Of a stretch of DNA of 64,000 nucleotides, positions 1 through 9,060 are shown piece after piece. The position numbers and the translations under genes are program-made. Position 1 is the first letter of the stretch, and the number at the start of each line of letters is the position of its first letter. Source of the DNA: a virus (Duplodnaviria; Caudoviricetes). Location: positions 74,081 to 138,080 of IMG/VR virus record IMGVR_UViG_2907202186_000003; one strand, given 5' to 3'. Below the pieces are notes generated by a model that did no database searches, was not told the DNA's origin, and saw nothing but the letters and a program-made list of their open reading frames with translations.

Positions 1-33
1 TTCTCCTTTGTTTAAGTAAAATCTACATTTTAT

Positions 34-192
34 TCAGTCTTCGTCAGTTTCTTCAAATAATACTTTATACCCCTGCTCTGCGAACAAAGATAAAAGTTCT
101 AAAGCCTTATTCTTGTCATCTATACTCAATTTTACATTAAGAACTTCGAGTTGTGGATCGTCAGTAACTACAATTGTAAGTTTATAGAACAT
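34..192 (-). CDS. small hypothetical protein (not in ORF track)
   Basis: Hand translation MFYKLTIVVTDDPQLEVLNV...ETDED*, with a GAAGGGG RBS upstream. Confidence 0.55.
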   Translation of the reverse strand: MFYKLTIVVTDDPQLEVLNVKLSIDDKNKALELLSLFAEQGYKVLFEETDED

Positions 193-260
193 GGGAATGC
201 CCCTTCCATTTCATAGTAGTAATTATATAATAACACCAATCTTCTCAAAAGTAAGTCATT

Positions 261-620
261 CTAACCTGAATACTTATTCGCAGTAATTGGGTAATAAAAT
301 ATTTCTATTTCCTCACTAATAAACCCTCTGCGTTGTGCAGCTAAAAGCGTTTCATACATGTTCTTACGTCCAACTGGATTATCTGTATGCAAATATATCT
401 TATCGACTTGTAATCCGTATTCGCAAAAATATTTAACTAAATCATATCCATTTTGAAGCTCATGTCCGTTCTCATCCTCACCCAAGTCATGATCTAAGGT
501 CAGTATATGTACCCTTTGTGACTCAAGGATACTTATTGCCTCATGATAGGTTCGCGCTACTACAAAACCCTCTGGGCAATCACGTAGATCGTCTACATAT
601 AGGTTTATTTTCTGATCCAT
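261..620 (-). CDS. cyclic-phosphate processing receiver-domain-like protein
   Basis: Motifs LYVDDLR, LDHDLG, GYD and HTDNPVGR. Likely start MDQK at 620 after GGAAAGGAAG. Confidence 0.7.
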   Translation of the reverse strand: MDQKINLYVDDLRDCPEGFVVARTYHEAISILESQRVHILTLDHDLGEDENGHELQNGYDLVKYFCEYGLQVDKIYLHTDNPVGRKNMYETLLAAQRRGFISEEIEIFYYPITANKYSG

Positions 621-655
621 TTGTTCTTCCTTTCCCATAAAACTTGCATTTCATC

Positions 656-976
656 TTAAATGTCATTGATGGCCTGTTTTAAAAATGCAATCTTCAATAT
701 GCCTTTTTCCAAAGATGCAGCATAGTATCCTTTATTTTCGCTGGAGTACTGATAATGGATAATTTCGTCTGCCATCTCCTCGGTCATTTCACCTCTATAA
801 TATGGGATATCAACTAGCGAACCAATTGGAATATCGGAGCTTTTTTTGTTAATGTCAACTCGCTCCAAAATTGTTTTAACCGAGTCATCTAATTTAGACC
901 AGTCAGTGTCTACAATTCTCATTTCTAACCCCCTCTCTAATGATGAAACATGCCTTTTATGTCTTTTACTGCTCAT
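656..976 (-). CDS. hypothetical protein
   Basis: ORF whose stop lies next to the boundary motif at 637; the true start may be internal (MRIV). Confidence 0.6.
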   Translation of the reverse strand: MSSKRHKRHVSSLERGLEMRIVDTDWSKLDDSVKTILERVDINKKSSDIPIGSLVDIPYYRGEMTEEMADEIIHYQYSSENKGYYAASLEKGILKIAFLKQAINDI

Positions 977-1400
977 TGAAATACCACATTACATCAGATT
1001 GCTCTAATACTTGATACAATGCATTTAAATTAGACGACGTTTCTCTAACGTAAATCTCCAATCTGCTGATTTCGTCTCCTGTATATTTTATGATCCGTTT
1101 CACTTTCTCATCAATTTCATTCCCTAGAAAAGTGTATACATCTAACACATTATCAATGGAGTAAATTAATACCGTATATTGAACATCATTTAAAGGACGA
1201 AATGTAAACAAATTATCAGTAGGTTGTATTCTTTTGCAGTATTCACATACAACTTTATGCTTTTCGCCTTTGTCGTCAATAATTATTCCACCATTTTTGT
1301 CTGAGGTAGATAGCTCAACGATTGTTCCTTCTATTTGTTGTCCAACATAATCATATTTCACTCTATCACCAAGATATAACCCATACCAACCTCTAGTCAC
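966..1400 (-). CDS. hypothetical phage protein
   Basis: 144-aa ORF with AAGGAGTGG RBS. Confidence 0.7.
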   Translation of the reverse strand: MTRGWYGLYLGDRVKYDYVGQQIEGTIVELSTSDKNGGIIIDDKGEKHKVVCEYCKRIQPTDNLFTFRPLNDVQYTVLIYSIDNVLDVYTFLGNEIDEKVKRIIKYTGDEISRLEIYVRETSSNLNALYQVLEQSDVMWYFNEQ

Positions 1401-1446
1401 TCTATACCACTCCTTATTTTAGGATTCAAGTGAAATAGCCATTTGA

Positions 1447-1965
1447 TTAAGACTCCGCAGCAAGCAATCCAGCAACACGAGCCAGTTCCTCTTGACTGTG
1501 AACAGTGCCACCACTATTCATCTGTAAGTACCATTCAAGTACCTCTTTACGAGTCTGAAGGTTGTTAACATGAAAACTCAAACGAATCATCATTGGGATC
1601 TTGTCTTGAAATTCATTGTAGAAATGTCCAAATGCTTTAATTTGGTTTCTAATGAATTTCAAGCATGCTGTAAGGCGTTGCAGTCCATCGACACACACGA
1701 ACCACCCATCACCATTTCCCACAGTGTTCTGCCATTTAGTGTGATTGAAGTATATATCTAATCCTGAGACACCTTCACGCAACAAATGCTCGATATAAAG
1801 CTCTTGTTGTTGCTCAGTCCAGACCTGCCCTCTCTGAAAATCCGGTTCTAACTCTAATCCCATCTCTTCAATATAATCACCTATAGTGCTTTCAAGATAC
1901 CTTAGAGCTACATCAACAGAATAGTTATTGCACTGTATGTATGGTTTAATGCCCTGGAACTTCAT
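1447..1965 (-). CDS. stand-alone DUF262 (ParB/Srx-fold, GmrS-like) domain protein
   Basis: The PDFQRGQVW and VDGLQRLT motifs and the C-terminal MNSGGT are typical of DUF262. Confidence 0.8.
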   Translation of the reverse strand: MKFQGIKPYIQCNNYSVDVALRYLESTIGDYIEEMGLELEPDFQRGQVWTEQQQELYIEHLLREGVSGLDIYFNHTKWQNTVGNGDGWFVCVDGLQRLTACLKFIRNQIKAFGHFYNEFQDKIPMMIRLSFHVNNLQTRKEVLEWYLQMNSGGTVHSQEELARVAGLLAAES

Positions 1966-1985
1966 GTTTTAACCCCCTAAAACGA

Positions 1986-2186
1986 CTATCCATCTTGTTT
2001 ATCGATGATAAAGTAATCTAAATCCTCAAGAAACTCTTTAATTAAACGGATCTCAGCTTCTAAAATCAACATCGTAATGCTTTCATTAACTGATAAATCT
2101 TCTGTTCCCTTCTTTTTATTGTGGTAGGGTTTCAAAAGATTTTCTTTTCGTTCAAGTGATCTTTTATACTGTTCAATTAACTCCAT
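1986..2186 (-). CDS. hypothetical protein
   Basis: ORF with AAGGAGG RBS. Confidence 0.7.
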   Translation of the reverse strand: MELIEQYKRSLERKENLLKPYHNKKKGTEDLSVNESITMLILEAEIRLIKEFLEDLDYFIIDKQDG

Positions 2187-2228
2187 ATAATAATAGCCTC
2201 CTTAAATATAGGTAAAACAGTCATTTGA

Positions 2229-2588
2229 TCAAGAATCGATCCTATGTTTCTTGAAGTATCCATGAATCACTTCTTCGCTTGGATTATCAATACGTTCATC
2301 AGTACTCCATCTAGACCAACCATCAGCGCAATAATATGCGATATCTAAAAGGCTTTCAGGTTCTTTACCATAGTGTTGTTTGAAATCCTCTTTCAGTTCA
2401 CTCATTCCTTCTTCTGGATCTGAGCCAAAATATTCAGTAAAGCGAATAACTTTTCTTGATAGCAGCTTTTCTCCTTCTTTGAAGGTGTCTAAGAGTATTA
2501 CTTCAGCGTTCTCCTGATATTTTGAGTAATCCTCATTTATCATTTTTACATATCCTACTGTCTCTCGATCCCTATACTCTTTCCACAT
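2229..2588 (-). CDS. hypothetical protein
   Basis: ORF with AGGAG RBS; stop overlaps the boundary motif at 2212-2229. Confidence 0.7.
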   Translation of the reverse strand: MWKEYRDRETVGYVKMINEDYSKYQENAEVILLDTFKEGEKLLSRKVIRFTEYFGSDPEEGMSELKEDFKQHYGKEPESLLDIAYYCADGWSRWSTDERIDNPSEEVIHGYFKKHRIDS

Positions 2589-2607
2589 GATTTCATCTCC
2601 TATTTAC

Positions 2608-2817
2608 TCATAATTCTTCTAGTACAACTTTATATTTTTTCCCAGTAACATTGTTTGTGAAATGTGACAGTTCACTATAAATAAAGTTATTTCTTATATA
2701 GTCCTTATCTTTCTCTACTTCGGTTGCAAGAACCTGCATTAACTCATCTGTATTTTCAACAACATAAATACCCCAAACGTCGATGTGTTTTTCATGATAA
2801 GCATAAAATAATTTCAT
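2608..2817 (-). CDS. hypothetical protein
   Basis: Likely start MKLFYAY after the GAAGGAG RBS, which follows the motif at 2839. Confidence 0.6.
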   Translation of the reverse strand: MKLFYAYHEKHIDVWGIYVVENTDELMQVLATEVEKDKDYIRNNFIYSELSHFTNNVTGKKYKVVLEEL

Positions 2818-2869
2818 ATTTAGTATGCTCTCCTTCACATAAAATAGTTATTTGACCATGAATTATTTA

Positions 2870-3169
2870 TTAGAAATCTTTTCCTGCTTGTTTAAAATAA
2901 TTATCTAACTGCCGTTGTGCCTCTAGATGAGAAATAGGCGCCTTATTGATTCTTTCTAATTCAGTCTCAAGTTTCTTAACTTCATCGTCCGTGTTGTCTG
3001 GCTGTACTCCATTTTCACGCTGTGCTTTATTTAAAATTATCTGTTCTCTCAACCAAACCAATCTATTCAAGCAAAATCCATACCTATTTAGTTTTTCCTC
3101 AGTATCTCTTTTTTCAATCCATTCGTTACCGTTCCACTTATAGCCCTTTACGATCTTATCTTTCTTCAT
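2870..3169 (-). CDS. hypothetical protein
   Basis: ORF with GAGGTG RBS. Confidence 0.6.
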   Translation of the reverse strand: MKKDKIVKGYKWNGNEWIEKRDTEEKLNRYGFCLNRLVWLREQIILNKAQRENGVQPDNTDDEVKKLETELERINKAPISHLEAQRQLDNYFKQAGKDF

Positions 3170-3191
3170 GACCTTAACACCTCGTAGTTTT

Positions 3192-4184
3192 TTAAATAGC
3201 TTTTAGAACAATGTTTCCTGCATGATCAATAAATCCAGTGTCATCTTTTTTACTTGAAAATCTAACCAAGGCTAAACCTTCTTTGAATGAATCAATGTCT
3301 TCATACTGTGGCTCAACAATCCAATTACCAGACTTGTCAAGAACACCAAACGATTCTAAATACCTCTTCTTACCGTTTTTAACTGTGGCAAGCCCTTCAC
3401 TAAACCAAAAATTCTCGCTTGCAATATCTTTTACTATAGAATGCTCATACTTATCCATCAACCCAATAACTCTTCTATCTTGTGATCTCGTATTATTCAA
3501 AGGGCAATAAGAATACAAACCTTCTCCGGCATATCCCAAACTACTATAATCCTCTTTGAAAACTCTTTCTCCATTGCTATTGATTGCATAATATTTTGAT
3601 TGATCGAAATCATACACCACTGCTATACCATTATTAAAACCACTCGACACAGGATGATACTGATTTTTAATAACAACGGAACTGTTTATATTTATGAATC
3701 CAACCTTATAGTCTTGTTCAAATCTAATCAATCCGTCTTGAGGATGGCTTAAAGAATTAAAACTCGGCAACACAACCCATTCACCTTTTTTGTTTATCAT
3801 TCCATATCTATCATTTTTCTTCACAATCGAATATCCATTTCTAAAAGGACTGGCGGCTTCATATTTAGGCTCAATTATAAATTCACCACAATCATCTATA
3901 AAACCCGCTTTTCCGTCAATAACTACATTAACTAACCCTTCGGAGAATCCCCATGAAGCATATATCCCTTTATCAAATTTGCAGTCAATAATAATATCCC
4001 CATCTACGTTAATAAACCCCCATTTTTTAGAGGTATTTTGGAATGGGGCGTATCCCTCAGAGAAGTCTTCAGCGTAAGCAAACTTTGACTCAATTGCGAC
4101 TTCTCCATATTTATTAATGTATCCGTATTTTTTTTCATCTTGAATCAATGCCAAACCATTTGAAAAACCAGATTTATACTTCAC
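3192..4184 (-). CDS. WG-repeat (KWG-type) protein
   Basis: Repeated FSEGLA/F..G...V..GK.GFI...G..II units. Confidence 0.85.
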   Translation of the reverse strand: MKYKSGFSNGLALIQDEKKYGYINKYGEVAIESKFAYAEDFSEGYAPFQNTSKKWGFINVDGDIIIDCKFDKGIYASWGFSEGLVNVVIDGKAGFIDDCGEFIIEPKYEAASPFRNGYSIVKKNDRYGMINKKGEWVVLPSFNSLSHPQDGLIRFEQDYKVGFININSSVVIKNQYHPVSSGFNNGIAVVYDFDQSKYYAINSNGERVFKEDYSSLGYAGEGLYSYCPLNNTRSQDRRVIGLMDKYEHSIVKDIASENFWFSEGLATVKNGKKRYLESFGVLDKSGNWIVEPQYEDIDSFKEGLALVRFSSKKDDTGFIDHAGNIVLKAI

Positions 4185-4257
4185 ATTAATTCCTCCATAT
4201 CAAGATTGCTATGTATTTAGATTTCGCTAACCCCATGAAATAAACCTTTCACACACT

Positions 4258-4509
4258 CTAGTCCCTTGGATAGTTAACTTCCATTATGTCCATAAATGGC
4301 ACCTTAGTGATAACACCATCTTTCTTGATATGCACCTTTCCCGTCCGAGAGTCCATTTGATCGATTTGCCCCCTAACAGACTCTTCCCAACCCCACACGG
4401 TTAATACAATTTCTGATTCCTCTTGGTAGGCTTCGGTGAGTTGATTTCCTAACTCCTCAAGTACAAACTCATCTCTTGTTGGTCTCTTTGCTACCTTAGA
4501 TTTTGCCAT
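4258..4509 (-). CDS. YolD-like protein
   Basis: The pattern KRPTRDEFVLEELGNQLTEAY...LTVWG...G.ID.MD matches YolD-like SH3-fold proteins. Start taken at MAKSK after the AGGAGG RBS. Confidence 0.65.
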   Translation of the reverse strand: MAKSKVAKRPTRDEFVLEELGNQLTEAYQEESEIVLTVWGWEESVRGQIDQMDSRTGKVHIKKDGVITKVPFMDIMEVNYPRD

Positions 4510-4593
4510 CATTAATGCCCTCCTAGCTGTCGAATTCAGTACGCAAGAGTTGAAATGGCGACCTAAACGTTTCTGTTTGATCGCCAAGAAAAT

Positions 4594-4953
4594 TTAATTA
4601 TTATTCAATCTTTCTGTGATTTCTTTTATCTTTGAACGAGCAACATTGAGCTGTTCGCCATCTTTAAAAATAACCATTCCGTTAGCCTCATCAACATATT
4701 TCACTTGTTCAAGATTAATCATAAGATCTCTATCGGCCTGTAGAAACCCTTTTTCAGCGGAATAATACTCTGCCAAATCTTGAAACGTAGCAACCTGACT
4801 ATATCTGGCTCCGTTTGTGGTTGTATATACGGGTACTTTTTGACCCTTAATTATTTTTATTGAAACATGACTCACATCTTCAAGTTTGAAATCTTCAATC
4901 GATCCTGTATCATGATTATATCCGACCAATTCATTTGTTGTCATCGATGTCAC
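4594..4953 (-). CDS. stand-alone LytTR-domain protein
   Basis: FLQADRDLMINLEQV...VIFKDGEQLNVARSK resembles the LytTR FxRxHRSxxVN...lpVSR pattern. Confidence 0.7.
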   Translation of the reverse strand: MTSMTTNELVGYNHDTGSIEDFKLEDVSHVSIKIIKGQKVPVYTTTNGARYSQVATFQDLAEYYSAEKGFLQADRDLMINLEQVKYVDEANGMVIFKDGEQLNVARSKIKEITERLNNN

Positions 4954-5145
4954 CTCAAAGGTTATTATTGTATAATTTTACAATACAAAGTTACTTCAGA
5001 ACAGTACATTGTTTATCTATCAGTTATATAAGCATTGTATCACATAAATTTATATTTGTATATTTATTTTATTAATAATTTCAATTCAATCCAGTTGTGT
5101 CCCGATGTGCGAACAAACAATTTGCCTTTCTCAACTTTACCCCCT

Positions 5146-5325
5146 CTATACATATCTATATACGCTCCCAGTTCTACGGCTGTAAACCTCTACATAAGCT
5201 TTAAACTCGCTAGTGAGCTTGTACACTCTATCCATGATAATAAAGCTCATAGTCTCCTTGCAGCGTCCCAGTTGTGCAATGCTTTCTACCACTTGATTAT
5301 TTACCACAATATCATATGTATCCAT
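5146..5325 (-). CDS. small hypothetical protein
   Basis: Start MDTYDIVV after GGAGG. Confidence 0.6.
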   Translation of the reverse strand: MDTYDIVVNNQVVESIAQLGRCKETMSFIIMDRVYKLTSEFKAYVEVYSRRTGSVYRYV

Positions 5326-5377
5326 TATAAATACCTCCAATTAATATTTTTATTTTATTTTATTTGAAAGACTTATT

Positions 5378-5566
5378 TTATGCAGATTCATGTTTCGTCA
5401 TTTGGACACCATGGTAACTAACTTCTACAATATCAATTATCTCAGTTTCTTTATCATTAAACCAGAAATCATCTATCAGTTTTTTCGCATGTATTTCGTT
5501 GTTAGCTGTAACGATATGATACTTGGTATCCCCTAAAGCTTTAGTTTCAGCATAATAAATTCTCAT
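5378..5566 (-). CDS. small hypothetical protein
   Basis: ORF bounded by motifs at 5364 and 5581; GAGGAG RBS. Confidence 0.65.
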   Translation of the reverse strand: MRIYYAETKALGDTKYHIVTANNEIHAKKLIDDFWFNDKETEIIDIVEVSYHGVQMTKHESA

Positions 5567-5597
5567 TTTTTCAACTCCTCATGAAATACTTATTGTG

Positions 5598-5741
5598 TTA
5601 CCAGAATCTAACCTTATCATCCTCAATCGAGTAACCTTCAAGAATGAAGTTTATTCCTTCATTGGTATATGTAGCATCTTTATTTTCATGACCATGAGAA
5701 ATTAATTCTTCAAGTATCTCCTTTAACTCTATTAATTTCAT
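5598..5741 (-). CDS. small hypothetical protein (47 aa, not in ORF track)
   Basis: MKLIELKEILEELISHGHENKDATY...RFW*; AAGGAG RBS; bounded by motifs at 5581 and 5759. Confidence 0.6.
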   Translation of the reverse strand: MKLIELKEILEELISHGHENKDATYTNEGINFILEGYSIEDDKVRFW

Positions 5742-5872
5742 TGTCTTTTCAACTCCTTATAAATTACTTCTTTCATCCTATAACCCTGCCTAAAGTCCCA
5801 ATAAAATCTTCCAATATAACCAATTATGCTATATAGTTTATTTATCAAAATTAATAAGACTGGGGTAGACAT

Positions 5873-6373
5873 TTGATGAAAGCCATATTAATTATTGTTG
5901 TATTATTCATAGTTTGTGCACTGATACTCATTAAAATGAGGTCAAAAGGTCAAGAAAAAATCAACGATTATTCTAATAATCAATCAAAAGACCAAACCAG
6001 GAGTTTCTCCGGAGCTCTAAATGATGTAAGAAACGGAACATCTGAATTTGCTCCAGAAGCTATTAGGGGAATTGAGAAAATTAAGACTGTGCTTATGACT
6101 GATGAAGAAATTATTCACTCAGGTTATGGAAAAGATGGCTTTAAAAACGTAGTTTATGCTGTGACAAACAAACGATTTATAGCCTGTTATGTTGGAGTTA
6201 CTTCCGAACAACTCACTTCCATTAATTATAATAAGATTACAAATGTAGATATTAAAAACAAACTTAATTTATCATATGTTGTAATTCAAACAAGCGAGAA
6301 AGCAGTAGAGATTCTTGTCCAGAACAAACCAAGATCAGTTGAGTTTTTCAATTCAATAAATAGTTATACTTAA
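5873..6373 (+). CDS. membrane-anchored bacterial PH-domain protein
   Basis: N-terminal TM helix; AVTNKRFI and INYNKITNV are bPH-like motifs. Confidence 0.7.
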   Translation: MMKAILIIVVLFIVCALILIKMRSKGQEKINDYSNNQSKDQTRSFSGALNDVRNGTSEFAPEAIRGIEKIKTVLMTDEEIIHSGYGKDGFKNVVYAVTNKRFIACYVGVTSEQLTSINYNKITNVDIKNKLNLSYVVIQTSEKAVEILVQNKPRSVEFFNSINSYT

Positions 6374-6427
6374 TAATATTTTGGGTGAGGTCTTATTGAT
6401 CTCACCTTTCTTTATAAAAGAATCCTT

Positions 6428-6712
6428 TTATACAGACTTTCTCAATTGTCTTTGGCAAAACTGCATCGCCTCGAACAATGTTTCTGTGTCTGCTGTAACA
6501 TTCTGATAACCAAAGACTTTTTCATTCACATTGTTACTTGGTAAATCACTGTATACAAATAAAAAACCCCTTACAATCTTCCCCTTTCCTTCACCACAAT
6601 TGTCATCAGAAACAACCATGATATTATATTTACCAACAGGAATGATTAAACTTGCTTCAGCACCATCAGCATTACTTGCAATGATTCGGCCACCCAGTTT
6701 GATATTTTCCAT
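6428..6712 (-). CDS. hypothetical protein
   Basis: GAGGAG RBS; bounded by motifs at 6414 and 6728. Confidence 0.65.
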   Translation of the reverse strand: MENIKLGGRIIASNADGAEASLIIPVGKYNIMVVSDDNCGEGKGKIVRGFLFVYSDLPSNNVNEKVFGYQNVTADTETLFEAMQFCQRQLRKSV

Positions 6713-6785
6713 TGAACTAATCTCCTCATAAAATATTCATATTTAAACTTCAATTATCATAGCATCTTCGTTCTGCGACACTTTA

Positions 6786-7085
6786 CTATTTAAGCGAACA
6801 TCTCTTATGCTCCATGCTATAAATAACAATTTGATCGCCTGTCATTGACCTTGATCTATATCGAATGCCTAAACATTTAACTTTTCTTCCATCCTGAGTT
6901 TGACTCAATTTGTTGTTTTGATACTCTTGTTTTGTAAGGTTTTCATTGCATTTAGGGCAAAGCAATTCAAACGCTTCTTCAACATGCTCTGCCATGTAGT
7001 CATCTTCTAATTGTTCCTCATGGGTTCTTAGACTAAATTCTGTAAAGTTTGCTTTCGCATACAGAATGTCATTCAAAATCACCAC
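6786..7085 (-). CDS. hypothetical protein (CxxC)
   Basis: AGGAGG RBS; CPKC. Confidence 0.55.
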   Translation of the reverse strand: MVILNDILYAKANFTEFSLRTHEEQLEDDYMAEHVEEAFELLCPKCNENLTKQEYQNNKLSQTQDGRKVKCLGIRYRSRSMTGDQIVIYSMEHKRCSLK

Positions 7086-7143
7086 CTCCTGTTTTGCGGT
7101 ATTTTGTCTACTGTACTTAATAAATCCTCATAAAATAATCTTT

Positions 7144-7356
7144 TTATTCAAACTTACTATCTCTAATTAAGACATAAATAAAATCCCTTACTTCTGTATC
7201 ATCCCATCCCCACTCATCTGCCAGATCTTTTATCCTATCTGGAATCAAGTTAATAATGGCAGTTATTTGTGCTTCATCGGGAGCAATATTGTTAATATCA
7301 ATATAGCTGCTTCGAATTTGATCTTTTAATTCCCAAGTTCCATCCATATTATTCAA
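7144..7356 (-). CDS. hypothetical protein
   Basis: ORF bounded by motifs at 7130 and 7370. Confidence 0.6.
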   Translation of the reverse strand: MNNMDGTWELKDQIRSSYIDINNIAPDEAQITAIINLIPDRIKDLADEWGWDDTEVRDFIYVLIRDSKFE

Positions 7357-7387
7357 TCCTCATTTCTACGTAAAATATTCATTTTAA

Positions 7388-7462
7388 TGCCAACTACAGG
7401 AATTGAACCTGTCATCGCACCAATTTATGCTTTTGTAGTCATCACCAAAGACTCTAGCTGGC
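7388..7462 (-). tRNA. degenerate tRNA / tRNA-like element (anticodon arm poorly paired; possible CAT)
   Basis: Acceptor stem GCCAGCT/AGTTGGC plus discriminator A; D-arm AGTC-TTTGGTGAT-GACT; T-arm ACAGG-TTCAATT-CCTGT. Confidence 0.65.
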
Positions 7463-7481
7463 TATCTAATTATTACTTTAA

Positions 7482-7706
7482 TTAGTTCTTACTCTGTTCA
7501 CGGAAGAATAATTGCTCATATGCATCCGTTACTGCATCAACTGGATTATCGTATTGTTTTGATATCGCGCGTTCACGACTCTCAATCTGTTCCAGCATAC
7601 ACTTATACAAACCAACAGTATGCAAATAGAGAATGTAATCATCTCCCTGAATATTTACAATGGAGACTTGAACCTTATTGTTGTTGATTTCACTCATCGA
7701 TAGCAT
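7482..7706 (-). CDS. hypothetical protein
   Basis: GGAGGTGA RBS. Confidence 0.65.
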   Translation of the reverse strand: MLSMSEINNNKVQVSIVNIQGDDYILYLHTVGLYKCMLEQIESRERAISKQYDNPVDAVTDAYEQLFFREQSKN

Positions 7707-7742
7707 ATCCTCACCTCCTCTCAGTGGTTATGGATGAAAGGA

Positions 7743-7976
7743 TTATTTAATTACAAATTCTATTTCCTTATATTCAAACTTATCACCATGTCTTGAATCA
7801 TAGAACTTTTCCCAAGCTAGCAGATCCTCTTCTTTTTCTGTTTCACTAAATACCATTGATTCAATTAAGTTGTCAGTATATTCACCGACTTTTCCAATCC
7901 ATACATTTCCTTCTACACTCTGGATGCTGCACCACTTAATAAATTTATCTCCAACTTTGATTACATATCTGCTCAC
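7743..7976 (-). CDS. hypothetical protein
   Basis: Bounded by motifs at 7734 and 7992; GGAGTGA RBS. Confidence 0.65.
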   Translation of the reverse strand: MSRYVIKVGDKFIKWCSIQSVEGNVWIGKVGEYTDNLIESMVFSETEKEEDLLAWEKFYDSRHGDKFEYKEIEFVIK

Positions 7977-8008
7977 TATGTATCACTCCCCATGAAAGGA
8001 TCATTTCA

Positions 8009-8377
8009 TCAATACTTCAATGCTTTTCCCTTGCCTATGGTCAATTTCCATGCAAGTAAACATCCTTCTTCAAGTTCTTGTTTGTCAGTAAAACACATAT
8101 CACACTGCCCGTTTCTAAAAATCTCGCACTGTCTCTCAACAATGTTATGAAGAGTTTTTCTTTTGATAATTCTAGCAGCAGTTCCCTTAATATATCGTTC
8201 CTCGGTGTAAACTGTTATGTATTCTGGATCATTTTGCAGCTCTAAAGTACTTCTTTGTGGTTTAACTGTTTTTTCAAACCGTGCGGCGAACATGTAAACA
8301 CGATTATTAAAGTCATCATTTACGTACACAGCCCTCATTGGAGCAGTTACATTTGTATCTTCCTCAATCTGATACAC
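8009..8377 (-). CDS. hypothetical protein (5' end possibly frameshifted)
   Basis: ORF present; the RBS-supported ATG at 8426 is out of frame by one base. Confidence 0.55.
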   Translation of the reverse strand: MYQIEEDTNVTAPMRAVYVNDDFNNRVYMFAARFEKTVKPQRSTLELQNDPEYITVYTEERYIKGTAARIIKRKTLHNIVERQCEIFRNGQCDMCFTDKQELEEGCLLAWKLTIGKGKALKY

Positions 8378-8436
8378 TTTATTAAGTGTCAGATTGTCTG
8401 TGGCTGCTGTGCATTTTCCCCACCATTTATCTCCTT

Positions 8437-8676
8437 TTAATTGTTCTCTCTCCCATCTTTGTCAATTTTCGCTCCAGCTCTAATATAAACTTCCAAGTTT
8501 CTCGGAATCTTAAACTGATTACGATCAAATATTGGCATTTGTTCTTCCGGAATAGAGCCACCAGACACATGAAATACTTCTCCATTCCATTGTCTAACGA
8601 AACCCCAGAATCCATAATAAGGTGATTCTTTATCAATAATTTCAATCAGTTTACCTATTGAATTTTCAGGCTTCAT
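8437..8676 (-). CDS. hypothetical protein
   Basis: GAGGAG RBS following the motif at 8693. Confidence 0.65.
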   Translation of the reverse strand: MKPENSIGKLIEIIDKESPYYGFWGFVRQWNGEVFHVSGGSIPEEQMPIFDRNQFKIPRNLEVYIRAGAKIDKDGRENN

Positions 8677-8777
8677 TTAAAAACAACTCCTCATGAAAAG
8701 ATCCTATGATTTAGTCTTGATCCAGCGGATCAATACGGTTTTCATAGCAGTAAGATTCTCAATTCCTTAGTAAAAGA

Positions 8778-9023
8778 TCATTTTAAAGGAAACTTTGTGT
8801 ATAGTTCCTCTCTAAACTCGTCATTTTCGATTAGGTAAAATTCGTCAATGATACTTCCTTGATCGTCCCAGATTTTCATTTTCCAATCGTGCAGTATTTC
8901 AACAGAAGTTCCATAGTATTTAGTCAACGAATCAAATTTAAACTTTACTTCATTATATTGTGTACTTTCTTCGGTAACATCAATCCAATCAGACTCTAAA
9001 ACATGAATACCGAACAATATCAT
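8778..9023 (-). CDS. hypothetical protein
   Basis: Bounded by motifs at 8770 and 9039; GAGGAGTG RBS. Confidence 0.65.
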   Translation of the reverse strand: MILFGIHVLESDWIDVTEESTQYNEVKFKFDSLTKYYGTSVEILHDWKMKIWDDQGSIIDEFYLIENDEFREELYTKFPLK

Positions 9024-9060
9024 AAAAAATCACTCCTCATTAAAATATAGTTTCATCAAC

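Noticed and set aside
4500-5130. LexA (SOS) box for the yolD-like gene
   Set aside because: Only half-matches to CGAAC-N4-GTTCG were found.
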